IMG/VR virus record: IMGVR_UViG_3300042297_000348
Location: 1-37,161 of that record
Source of the DNA: a virus
Taxonomy: Duplodnaviria > Caudoviricetes
Strand: one strand, 5' to 3'
DNA: 37,161 bases
Shown here piece after piece: positions 7,473-16,307 of the stretch. Under the pieces are notes generated by a model, which was given only the letters and a program-made list of their open reading frames with translations, had not been told where the DNA came from and made no database searches. The stretch's first letter is position 1, and each line of letters starts with the position of its first letter. A program made the position numbers and the translations under genes.

Positions 7473-9917
7473 ATGGCTTCCTCCGCTCCTCAAGACACAA
7501 CCCAACCTCCTAATAAATACCCGAATATGTCGGGGCAGGTTACTATTGAGGCACCCCCGCTTAAAAGCGAGAACGGCAAGCCACAGCTTGACCTGAACGC
7601 ACGCTCTATCCGCAATGCAGATCAGGCTTGGAACCTCTGTAAATCGACGGAATCGGCTAATAAGACCCGTTCCCAGCGCGCAACCATGATGGAACTGGAA
7701 TACACGGGACAAGCACCGTATTCGCAGACCGATCAAATCGAGAAAGCTAACAGTTGGCAGTCCAATACCAACACGGGCATCCTTGCTGGTATCACAGACC
7801 GCAAGGTTCTGCGTTTTGTTAACGCTATCACCTCCCAAGTTTATCTTACCCGCTCCTCTCTTCCGACAACGTGGCCCGATTGGAAAAAAAAGAGCGACCT
7901 TTTTGACATTCACACCACTCGCATGATTCAAAGCTGGAAGAAATACTCCAGTTTTGTGCCAGCTTTGGCGCGTGAGAACGTCCTTCACGGTTACGCTTAC
8001 TCCGTTTTTCTTGACCCTTACACTTGGACACCTCGTATGTTCAAGCAGGAGATTGCTTATGTGCCTGATGAGGCATCCCAGTACGCTAATGAGCTTCAAT
8101 TCTTCGTGATCAAACACGATTTCTTGCTGCATGAGTTCATTGAGTTGTTCCGCGATGAAAAAGCCGCAGAGGAAATGGGCTACAACATCGAGAATTGCGT
8201 TCTAGCTGCCAATAAATCCGAGATTAAGAACCCCCGTGAAGACATGGTGGTTACTGAGTTCCGTAAATTCGCTGAGTTTATCAGTGATGGCGTGCTTGGT
8301 CTTACTTACTCGGTCAGTGGTCCTCGCGTAATCAAGACTTACTTGATGTGGAACCGCGAATACGACGGTAAAGTGTCGTTCTGGATTGTCCTGCGCGATA
8401 ACGGTAAGCTGATTCGCTTTGCTGAAAAGATTTTCGATAGCTTTGATGACGTTGTTACCCTATACAGCTTGCAACCCGGCAACGGTCACTTGCACAGCTC
8501 TAAGGGCATTGGTCGTATGATCATTGGCAACGTGCGTATTGCTGAACGCATCCGCAATAAGATGGTGGACAACATCAACATGTCGTCCTTGGTCATCCTC
8601 AAAGCGGATTCAGCCAATCGCAATAAGCTGCAACCTGTTGTTCACGCTCCATTCATTGTTCTGGATAAGTCTATCGACGTTGACCAACAGCGTTTTGCGG
8701 CTGATGGTGAAATGTACGCCAATCTGGACCAACGCTTGATTAACTACATGGAGCAAGCTGCTGGGGCTTACGTTAGCAAGAACGTCAACACTGCTGGTGC
8801 TCCTGTTACCGCTACCGAAGCCTCGCAAGATGCTCAACGCGAGCAAGAGAACTCGGACATTACCGAAGCCCGTTGGCGCGATCAATTCTCTGGCATGGTT
8901 CAAGTCATGCAACGTCGTGCGTTCTCGGATGATTATATCAGTGAAGCTAAACGCCTATTTGAGAAGCTGACTCAAAGCTATATGTCTCAAGGCGATGAAG
9001 GCTCACAACCAGATGACGTTGGTAGCATTCTCAACAAATTGATGGACCCAATTGATGAGTCCGCTTTGCCCGTTCGCACCCTCGTTAACATGCTTATCGA
9101 AGGTCTTACGGTTGATGAAATCAAGATTCTGCGTGATATGCCTACATCTGGTTACGCTCATACGGATGATGCTATCACTGCTCAAGGAATTCTGGCCGTT
9201 GGTCGTATGTACGCCAATAACCCGAATGTCGATCAAGGTGTGTTGGTTGCGCGTAACATCGAAGCTCTTGCGGGTCCAGATGCAGCCAAGGCCCTTGTTA
9301 TTCAAAATGTTGACCAGACTGTTACTGCGGAAGCTACCCGTATGCAGCAACAAGAAGTTACGGTCATCAGGTCCTTGAATATGCCTGTTCCGGTGTCGCC
9401 ACGCGACAACCACATGATTCATGCTCAAGTCTGTATGCAGATGCTCATGGCTGCTGGTCAGGCTATTAGCCAACTTGATGCCGATGATTCGATTCTTGAA
9501 CAGACTCAGCACTTGGTTAACCACTTTGCTGAACACTTGTCCATGTACCTTGCCTCCGGTAATCCTGCTCAAAATCCGCAGTTCCGCGAGATGAACGATT
9601 TCTACAAACGGTTCAAGGTTCAGTTTGCTCAAGCGGTGCAAATCCGTGAGCAAGCCCGCGCTATCACCAATGCTACATCCATGGGAGCCTCACCAGAAGC
9701 CATTCAAGGCATTGCTGATGCCCCTATGCAGCCTATTAATGGCGAGGGTAAGGGCGTAATGGCTCCTCCACAATCTCCCGAAGCTGGAGTTGAGCAAGGT
9801 GGACCTGATGTTCAATCTATCCAAGCTGCTTTGGCTCAAGAACAGGGCACCTTTGCCCCCAATGAGATTAAAGATCGTCAAAAACGCGCATACTATCGCC
9901 CACCCGGAGTTGAATGA
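7473..9917 (+). CDS. probable portal protein
   Basis: 814 aa, largely helical, between terL and the scaffold-like gene. TATEA motif as in podoviral portals, and a Gln/Pro-rich C-terminal extension. Confidence 0.75.
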   Translation: MASSAPQDTTQPPNKYPNMSGQVTIEAPPLKSENGKPQLDLNARSIRNADQAWNLCKSTESANKTRSQRATMMELEYTGQAPYSQTDQIEKANSWQSNTNTGILAGITDRKVLRFVNAITSQVYLTRSSLPTTWPDWKKKSDLFDIHTTRMIQSWKKYSSFVPALARENVLHGYAYSVFLDPYTWTPRMFKQEIAYVPDEASQYANELQFFVIKHDFLLHEFIELFRDEKAAEEMGYNIENCVLAANKSEIKNPREDMVVTEFRKFAEFISDGVLGLTYSVSGPRVIKTYLMWNREYDGKVSFWIVLRDNGKLIRFAEKIFDSFDDVVTLYSLQPGNGHLHSSKGIGRMIIGNVRIAERIRNKMVDNINMSSLVILKADSANRNKLQPVVHAPFIVLDKSIDVDQQRFAADGEMYANLDQRLINYMEQAAGAYVSKNVNTAGAPVTATEASQDAQREQENSDITEARWRDQFSGMVQVMQRRAFSDDYISEAKRLFEKLTQSYMSQGDEGSQPDDVGSILNKLMDPIDESALPVRTLVNMLIEGLTVDEIKILRDMPTSGYAHTDDAITAQGILAVGRMYANNPNVDQGVLVARNIEALAGPDAAKALVIQNVDQTVTAEATRMQQQEVTVIRSLNMPVPVSPRDNHMIHAQVCMQMLMAAGQAISQLDADDSILEQTQHLVNHFAEHLSMYLASGNPAQNPQFREMNDFYKRFKVQFAQAVQIREQARAITNATSMGASPEAIQGIADAPMQPINGEGKGVMAPPQSPEAGVEQGGPDVQSIQAALAQEQGTFAPNEIKDRQKRAYYRPPGVE

Positions 9918-10183
9918 ACAAGAAATACTACGTTAACGATGGCTTAAAAGCCGATTTGCTCAAAACCCTAGAGACAGTTCCCGTTAAGGAACTTCTCGCT
10001 GTAATGCGTAATCGTTTACCCGAATACGCAGCCAGCGTTAGTGACATTAGCACCATTGCCGCCCAAGCTAAACTGCGCGAGGGTTATGAAATGGCGTTGA
10101 ATGATTTCATGAATATCGTTCATGAGAGTCCAGTGCAGCAACAACTGCCAGCGGACCACGTTTTATTTGACCCGAAGGACTAA
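9914..10183 (+). CDS. hypothetical protein (head module)
   Basis: ATGA overlap with the portal gene, small and helical. Confidence 0.7.
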   Translation: MNKKYYVNDGLKADLLKTLETVPVKELLAVMRNRLPEYAASVSDISTIAAQAKLREGYEMALNDFMNIVHESPVQQQLPADHVLFDPKD

Positions 10184-10190
10184 AATACGC

Positions 10191-10218
10191 TTGACGGTGC
10201 TTTTCAGTATGATAAGGT
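10191..10218 (+). promoter_or_regulatory. sigma70-type promoter for the scaffold/GT operon
   Basis: TTGACG-N16-TAAGGT with TGA extended -10, 13 nt before ATG 10232. Confidence 0.5.
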
Positions 10219-10231
10219 GTGTTAATACCTT

Positions 10232-11641
10232 ATGGATACACCTGTTGATGAAATTGATGAAAAGCAAGTAGCGGAGGAAACTCCTGTTGATCAAGGCGAC
10301 CAAGCCTCTCCCGAAGAACTGGGAGTAGGACAGCGGCAATCTAACGAACCTTTTAGCCCCGTTGATTTTGATTCAATCGTGGACAAGGCGTTTGGTGCTG
10401 CTCAAGAAGCAAAACCTGCGGAAGAAACAGTTGTTGCGGAAAATGCACCAACTGATGCGAAAAACGCAACAGTTGAAGACAAGGTTGAAGATGAAACTCC
10501 AAAGGAAGAAGAACCCAAAGACGCTGCGGAAGTGGTCAAGGAAGAACCCGCCGCCAAGGAAGATGTAAAAGAAGATGTAAAGGAAGAGACTCCAAAAGAA
10601 ATTGCTGATATTGAGTCCAAACTTGGTCAGCATACTTCGCCAAAGACGAAACAGTTGTTTGCCGAAGTTAAGAACCTTGCATCCAAGGAACGTGCTGAAC
10701 GCGAAAAGGTATCGAAGGAACTTGAGGAAACCCGCAAACAGATCGAAGAACTCAAGAAGACGACTCAAAGCGTTCCAAAAGAAGTTGAGCAAGAGATTCA
10801 ACAGCTCCGCGATAAAGTCCGTCAGTTTGATGCGAATGCTGACCCCGCGATTATCAATAAGTACGACAGCGTTATCTCTAAGAATAACGAGAGCATTATC
10901 AAGACGCTGACCGATGCTGGACTACCAGAGGCGCACGCTGCTGAAATCAAAAAGAAAGGCGTTAGTCTTTCATCTCTTAAGCAATATCTCGACACGCTTG
11001 AAACCGGAAAGGGAGCGGATGGTAAACAATATGAACCTGACCCTGACACTGCTGAACGCATTCGTGAATCTTTGCGCGAAAACATGCGCCTTTCTAAAGA
11101 CAAGGAGCGCGAAATCGAAAGCTGGAAATCTGGCTTTGAAGAACGCACCAAGAAAACCGAGGAAGAGCAAAAGCAATCGGTTGAGGTGGCCACGCAAAGG
11201 CTCAATAAAGAATTTGAGACGCACATTGGGCAATGGGACTTCTTGAAGAAGCCATCTGATGTTGCCGATAACGATGCTCCAGCTATTCGTAAACAGAAGG
11301 AAGACGCTATCAAGCAATTCAATGATACGGCATTGAAGTACGCAGAATCCATCAAGAAAGAAACCTCCAATCCTCTCGATGCACAAATTGCTGCCCGAAT
11401 CGGTATTCTATATCGTGATCATGTTGCCCCTGCTCTCAAGAATCGTCTATCTGACGCCCAAAAGGAAATCGAGACACTACGCAGCCAAGTAGCCAGCATG
11501 AAGAAAGCTGGTTCTGCTACCCGTAGCGTTGGAACCGTGTCGCCTCGCGCTTCTCAAGCCAAAGAAGTAAGCATTGGTGATGGGTTTGACGACATTCTCG
11601 ATAACATGACTCAGCAAGCCTTGTCCAATCGCTCTAGCTAA
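10232..11641 (+). CDS. probable capsid scaffolding protein
   Basis: Acidic low-complexity N-terminus, long Glu/Lys coiled coils, short C-terminal helix, and position after the portal gene. Confidence 0.65.
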   Translation: MDTPVDEIDEKQVAEETPVDQGDQASPEELGVGQRQSNEPFSPVDFDSIVDKAFGAAQEAKPAEETVVAENAPTDAKNATVEDKVEDETPKEEEPKDAAEVVKEEPAAKEDVKEDVKEETPKEIADIESKLGQHTSPKTKQLFAEVKNLASKERAEREKVSKELEETRKQIEELKKTTQSVPKEVEQEIQQLRDKVRQFDANADPAIINKYDSVISKNNESIIKTLTDAGLPEAHAAEIKKKGVSLSSLKQYLDTLETGKGADGKQYEPDPDTAERIRESLRENMRLSKDKEREIESWKSGFEERTKKTEEEQKQSVEVATQRLNKEFETHIGQWDFLKKPSDVADNDAPAIRKQKEDAIKQFNDTALKYAESIKKETSNPLDAQIAARIGILYRDHVAPALKNRLSDAQKEIETLRSQVASMKKAGSATRSVGTVSPRASQAKEVSIGDGFDDILDNMTQQALSNRSS

Positions 11642-12594
11642 TGATCAACATTAAAAAATCCGTTACTGAGTTTGTCACTAAACATGGCATTCCAGCTACA
11701 GCGGAGCTTACTGGTAAACCGTCGAATATCGTAGCTCAATGGGGTGGGTCAAAGAACCCATCCCTTGAGGATATTCAGGCTTTAATCAACAAGGACCCTG
11801 CTTTGTTTGGTGACGTAATGGCTGCTTCGGAGCCAATTGCGCCCTACCAATTTGAAGCTGGTAAACGAGTGTGCATTCTGATGCCCACCAATCGTCCTAT
11901 TCACGCTGGTGTGCTTAAGTCTTTTGCTACGCTTTACGAGCGCGAAAAGATGCAGTTCTACACCAGTAACGACACCTCGATTGTTCGTGCCCGAAATTTC
12001 TGCGCCCAGAAATTCTTGGACAGCGGATGCGAATACTCGTTCTGGCTGGATGACGACACGATCATTCCTCACGGGGATGTTGATTACTATCGTCGCATAT
12101 CGAACAACCCATCGTTCCCCGCCGAATACGTTAATATCAACCCCATTGCGCGTTTGATTCAAACCGGACGCTCATTGGTTGGTGGATGTTACTTTGGGCG
12201 TAATCCTAACGGTGTTGCACAATTCCAAGAGGCGTATCAATCTAACCAAATCAATGATGCGGCTCATAACGGACCTCGTAATTTTGTTAATCAGGTTGGC
12301 TGGGTTGGTTTTGGCTGCACGCTTGTGCATCGCCAAGTTTTCTTGGACATGATTGCCAAGATTCCTGACCTGTTGATCGAAGATTCGGGCTTTGTTAACA
12401 AATTTGGTTACAAGTACCGCTTCTTTAATCACATTAGCGAAGAGCACTCGGAAGACGCCTCTTTCTGCATTAAGGCCAAAAAGGTTGATCACTCGACATA
12501 CGTTGATTATGCCGTCATGCCTGTTCACATGGGGGAAATGGGTTACTGCTATCACAACACAAACACTAAAAAGGCATACTTGCCGCAATTCTGA
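11641..12594 (+). CDS. GT-A fold (GT2-like) glycosyltransferase with N-terminal HTH-like domain
   Basis: VCILMP, IVRARN, FWLDDD (DxD), VGGCY, GFGCTLVHRQVF, SEDASFC and VHMG motifs. Confidence 0.85.
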   Translation: MINIKKSVTEFVTKHGIPATAELTGKPSNIVAQWGGSKNPSLEDIQALINKDPALFGDVMAASEPIAPYQFEAGKRVCILMPTNRPIHAGVLKSFATLYEREKMQFYTSNDTSIVRARNFCAQKFLDSGCEYSFWLDDDTIIPHGDVDYYRRISNNPSFPAEYVNINPIARLIQTGRSLVGGCYFGRNPNGVAQFQEAYQSNQINDAAHNGPRNFVNQVGWVGFGCTLVHRQVFLDMIAKIPDLLIEDSGFVNKFGYKYRFFNHISEEHSEDASFCIKAKKVDHSTYVDYAVMPVHMGEMGYCYHNTNTKKAYLPQF

Positions 12595-13997
12595 TGAATA
12601 CCGAAAAGAAAAAACGTAAATTCCTTATCGTTCTCAATTACTGGAACGGTGATCGTGAGATGGCAAAAGCCGTTGCTGAACTCATTGCTGACCTTGAACC
12701 CAAGTTTAACGACAGGGTGGACTTTGCTTTCCACCGTCGCTTTGACGCAGAGCAAATGACCAATGCGCTCAAGGACCGATTGGCCGATAAATTCAGCAAG
12801 GTTCATGAGCTTAAATGCCGTCGTATGAACGCTGCTGGGTATCCATTTGGACCCAATGAAATGTTCTATGACTTGCTGGAGCGGATGTATAACCGCGAAT
12901 GGCAGACTGACTACTTCGCTTTTCTTAACCTTGAGGCTGATTGCTGCCCGCTTTCTCCCGATTGGATTAACAAGATGCTGGAGTCGTATGACGATGCCTA
13001 CAATTCTGGCAAATCCGCTGTGGGTCACATCATTCAGCATCCTACCGCTTCTCACCTTAATGGCGTTGCCATCTACTCTACCGATTTCTGGCAAAAAGCT
13101 GGTGGCATGAACATCATTGGTGGTCCAGCCCAAGTTGGTTATGATACGCATCACGCTCCTCGCGTTCTGCCCATCAGCAAGGACACCAACAATATCCTGT
13201 TGGACTTCAATCGCCGCACCATCACTGAAACAGATTTGAGCAATCTTGATAAGAATGGCGAGCGTCCCTACCTCTATCACGGAGTTAAGGACATGTCTGC
13301 TCTTGTTGCGGTCCGTAAAAAATACGTGAAGTACGTTGGCGCTTCCACTATTGTTGAATCGCTCAAGACCATCGCGTGCTATTTCGACAAGACGCCCGAT
13401 ACGAACATTGCGGAAGAAGAACGCATTATCGAGATGTGGAAGAAGACATGGAAAGCCTATGGCTACAACCCTGTCGTGTTCAGTGAGTGGGATGCCAGCA
13501 AGCACCCCCATTACGCTGCGATTAAGAAGCAATTGACCGCTCTTAACTACACTGCATCCCGCAAGAAGGAGAATGCCCTTATTCTTCGTTGGTTGGCATT
13601 TGATTACTATGGTGGCGGCTTGATGACGGAATACGATGTGTTCCCTAATCAATCTTTCACCAGCGATGACGTTCCCGCACCCGATGCCTTTACCCTGCTT
13701 GGGAATGGCTCCTTGGCTGCTGTTTCGTCAGGCAAGGAAGCGTTGCAGCATTTAACCAATGCTATCAAGAACTTCAATTACTCAACCGCTAGTGTGATTC
13801 CTACCGATAGGGCCATTCTTGACGGAATCGAAGACAAGTTCTGGCTCAAGGAAGATAGCATCATGCAACCTTGGAACAGCGGACGTTGGGCCGAAGCCCG
13901 TATGGTTCACTTTTCCTATGCTGCGTGCAAATCAGCCTCAGGCAATCCAACCAAGAGCACGTTCATTGAGCAATACATCAAAGGCTTGCGCCCTTGA
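12594..13997 (+). CDS. putative two-domain glycosyltransferase
   Basis: Domain 1: FLNLEADCCP..PDW and HLNGVAIY. Domain 2: IEMWKKTW..YGYNPVVF and LRWLAFDYYGGGLMTEYDV, resembling the GT32/DxD sugar-binding motif. Confidence 0.7.
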   Translation: MNTEKKKRKFLIVLNYWNGDREMAKAVAELIADLEPKFNDRVDFAFHRRFDAEQMTNALKDRLADKFSKVHELKCRRMNAAGYPFGPNEMFYDLLERMYNREWQTDYFAFLNLEADCCPLSPDWINKMLESYDDAYNSGKSAVGHIIQHPTASHLNGVAIYSTDFWQKAGGMNIIGGPAQVGYDTHHAPRVLPISKDTNNILLDFNRRTITETDLSNLDKNGERPYLYHGVKDMSALVAVRKKYVKYVGASTIVESLKTIACYFDKTPDTNIAEEERIIEMWKKTWKAYGYNPVVFSEWDASKHPHYAAIKKQLTALNYTASRKKENALILRWLAFDYYGGGLMTEYDVFPNQSFTSDDVPAPDAFTLLGNGSLAAVSSGKEALQHLTNAIKNFNYSTASVIPTDRAILDGIEDKFWLKEDSIMQPWNSGRWAEARMVHFSYAACKSASGNPTKSTFIEQYIKGLRP

Positions 13998-14876
13998 TTA
14001 AGCTAGGATAGCTTCAAGCTGCTGACGGTACTCAGGCGTAACACCCCTACGCGACCAGAAGTATTGGACGGGCGAAATTAAGCCCCTTACTTCGTGAGTG
14101 CCGTCAGCATTTTCCCATAACGTGATGTTGACCTCATCCTTTACGGTTGGAAAACCTTTATCGTCACGGGGTACAGGGTTGATGTTGAATTGCCGCCAAT
14201 ACTCGTCTTGGTAAAACGGGCCGGGAGTAATAATCTGATTAACCATTTGATACCGTTCAGGCTCAAATTCGATTGCATATCCACCGATTGTTGGAAATTC
14301 CGCGAATGACTGCGGGAATTCGTTTCGCTGTAAGAGTACATATTGGGTAAACGGATAATGATGACGCTCCTCAACGCGAGCGCGCATTTTGGCATACATG
14401 TCTTTGTAGAACACGCTTGGATGGCGACACATTGTTTCCCATTCGACGTTGATGCCTAGCGCATACTCTACGTTATGCTTCCATGAGTAACGTGCTCCAT
14501 ATTGCTTGAAATCCTCGAAATGCTCGCGCACCAGAATGACTTTATTCTCATGCATGAATGTTTCAGGGCTAAACGGCTCCTTAAACACGCAATCAGCGTC
14601 GATGTGAACAATCAAATCGGTGTCCCTTGGGCACCATAGGTCAGCTTCGCATTTGACGACTTGATGATGGAGAAAGCCCTTACCGTGAGCTTCAAAGAAA
14701 CTGCGTAGATTTACGCCGTATTTGCTGGCCAAGACCTTAAATTTAGTTTCGTCTTTAGTTGGGACAACGATAGTTATGCCAGCAAAACCAAAGCCAAACT
14801 TTTTGATTGAACGTAGGGTGTATTCGGCAAACTCATAATCGTTGCCGTAAGTTACCATGAATAATTCAGCACGCAT
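13998..14876 (-). CDS. putative GT-A glycosyltransferase (DUF6492-like)
   Basis: LFMVTY..D......LRSIKKF, HQVVK..AD, IVHIDADCVF (DxD) and FAEFPTIG. ATG 14876 preferred over TTG 14891. Confidence 0.7.
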   Translation of the reverse strand: MRAELFMVTYGNDYEFAEYTLRSIKKFGFGFAGITIVVPTKDETKFKVLASKYGVNLRSFFEAHGKGFLHHQVVKCEADLWCPRDTDLIVHIDADCVFKEPFSPETFMHENKVILVREHFEDFKQYGARYSWKHNVEYALGINVEWETMCRHPSVFYKDMYAKMRARVEERHHYPFTQYVLLQRNEFPQSFAEFPTIGGYAIEFEPERYQMVNQIITPGPFYQDEYWRQFNINPVPRDDKGFPTVKDEVNITLWENADGTHEVRGLISPVQYFWSRRGVTPEYRQQLEAILA

Positions 14877-14886
14877 TGGGATATTC

Positions 14887-14939
14887 CGCAACCTAGCAGC
14901 CTCAATGCGGTTGCGCCAGCCTTAAATTACCATTATCAT
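14887..14939. promoter_or_regulatory. divergent promoter pair with overlapping -35 boxes
   Basis: Plus: TTGCGC(14911-16)-N17-TATCAT(14934-39)-N7-ATG. Minus: TGGCGC(14918-13)-N17-TAGGTT(14895-90) with TGC. Inverted repeat CGCAACC/GGTTGCG at 14887-93 and 14909-15. Confidence 0.6.
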
Positions 14940-14946
14940 AACTTTT

Positions 14947-15942
14947 ATGGCAGACAATTACAGTTGCATGATTCCCCCGACAGTAGCCTACCTTTTTAAA
15001 GGGGTTGTAGGGCCTACTGGTGCATCTGGCCCACAAGGACCTGCGGGACCTGCTGGTGGACCAACGGGTCCATCTGGATCAACTGGAGCTGTAGGCCCAA
15101 CAGGTCCTAGTGGTTTACAAGGCCCAACAGGACCGCAAGGCACTATCGGAGCACAAGGCCCCGAAGGAATTCAAGGCGCTACGGGTCCCGCTGGTCAGTC
15201 TGGTGCAACTGGAGCCGCAGGACCAAGTGGTCCTACCGGACCGCAAGGAGCTACCGGGCCTTTGGGTTTACAGGGTTTAATTGGCGAAACGGGTGTAACT
15301 GGCGCTACGGGTCCACAAGGCCCCACAGGGCCAGCAAACGGCCCTACAGGGCCTACTGGGCCTAGCGGTGCCAGTGGTGTTGCTGGTCCAACAGGTGCGT
15401 CCGGTCCAAGTGGAGCTACCGGACCAAGCGGTTCTACGGGACCGATGGGACCTACGGGTCCTGCTAATGGGCCAACTGGTCCTACGGGCGCAACGGGTGC
15501 AATCGGCGCTACTGGAGCAACACCAGTGATTAACGGAACTGCGAATCAAATTACTGCTGTTCCAACTGGCGCTACTTACACCCTTGGCCTTCCGACAAAT
15601 TTGCAAGCTCCAGAAAAAGTTACGGCAGATCGGTACATAAGCCGAATCCATACAGTTACTTACGGAGCAACAACAGTGATTGATATGGCTGATGGTGATA
15701 ATCAATATCTCAATATTTTAGGAGACGTTGACATTCAGCTTACGGGAATTACCGAAGGTCAATCGCTCCTTATCCGCATTGATTCAGATGGAACTGAGCG
15801 CAACCTTACGTTCCCCATTGACTGGAAGTGGTTTCCAAATGGAACAGTGCCTACTACCCTAGCGGCAAATTCCACGGGCTTACTCGCCCTCTTTGCTTGG
15901 AACAACTTTGACAACGGTATCGTAGCTGCATGGACCTCCTAA
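14947..15942 (+). CDS. collagen-like fibre protein
   Basis: Gly-X-Y repeats (about 15010-15520, rich in GPT/GAT) followed by a beta-rich C-terminal domain. Confidence 0.9.
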   Translation: MADNYSCMIPPTVAYLFKGVVGPTGASGPQGPAGPAGGPTGPSGSTGAVGPTGPSGLQGPTGPQGTIGAQGPEGIQGATGPAGQSGATGAAGPSGPTGPQGATGPLGLQGLIGETGVTGATGPQGPTGPANGPTGPTGPSGASGVAGPTGASGPSGATGPSGSTGPMGPTGPANGPTGPTGATGAIGATGATPVINGTANQITAVPTGATYTLGLPTNLQAPEKVTADRYISRIHTVTYGATTVIDMADGDNQYLNILGDVDIQLTGITEGQSLLIRIDSDGTERNLTFPIDWKWFPNGTVPTTLAANSTGLLALFAWNNFDNGIVAAWTS

Positions 15943-15945
15943 TGT

Positions 15946-16299
15946 ATGCGCGCACTAAATGTTGTTTCCATTGCCAGTCAAGAGGTTAACATAATTGTTA
16001 GCCTCAATACCAATGTGGCAACTGCGGAAGCGCAAACCTACGAATTCCCAACTAGCGCCAACACCAATAACATCATCGTATCGGCAGATGGCGGCAAGCT
16101 GCCCTACACGTATCAGTGGAATTTCATCGAAGGAGACTTCAACGGTATCAGTAGCTTGACGGCAGATAACGTGGTTTTTGCCTTAACTACTAACGAATCT
16201 GGTGTTTACAATGCGTTATGGACTTGTACGGTAACTGATGATAATGGTTCTCAAGCAACCTCTGAAAATGTTAATGTAACGATAACTTTTAATCCCTAA
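15946..16299 (+). CDS. Ig-like/PKD-type virion accessory protein
   Basis: GGKLPYTYQW and WTCTVTDDNG motifs typical of Ig-like beta-sandwiches. Confidence 0.65.
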   Translation: MRALNVVSIASQEVNIIVSLNTNVATAEAQTYEFPTSANTNNIIVSADGGKLPYTYQWNFIEGDFNGISSLTADNVVFALTTNESGVYNALWTCTVTDDNGSQATSENVNVTITFNP

Positions 16300-16307
16300 T
16301 TTAACCT

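Noticed and set aside
12552-13652. 366-aa antisense ORF, and similar ones at 7296-8132 and 9003-9653
   Set aside because: Antisense shadows of well-supported plus-strand genes, with no motifs.
15940-15948. In-frame TAA-TGT-ATG between the collagen and Ig-like genes (possible readthrough)
   Set aside because: One-in-three chance of being in frame, TAA-T is an efficient stop, and no stimulatory signal was seen.
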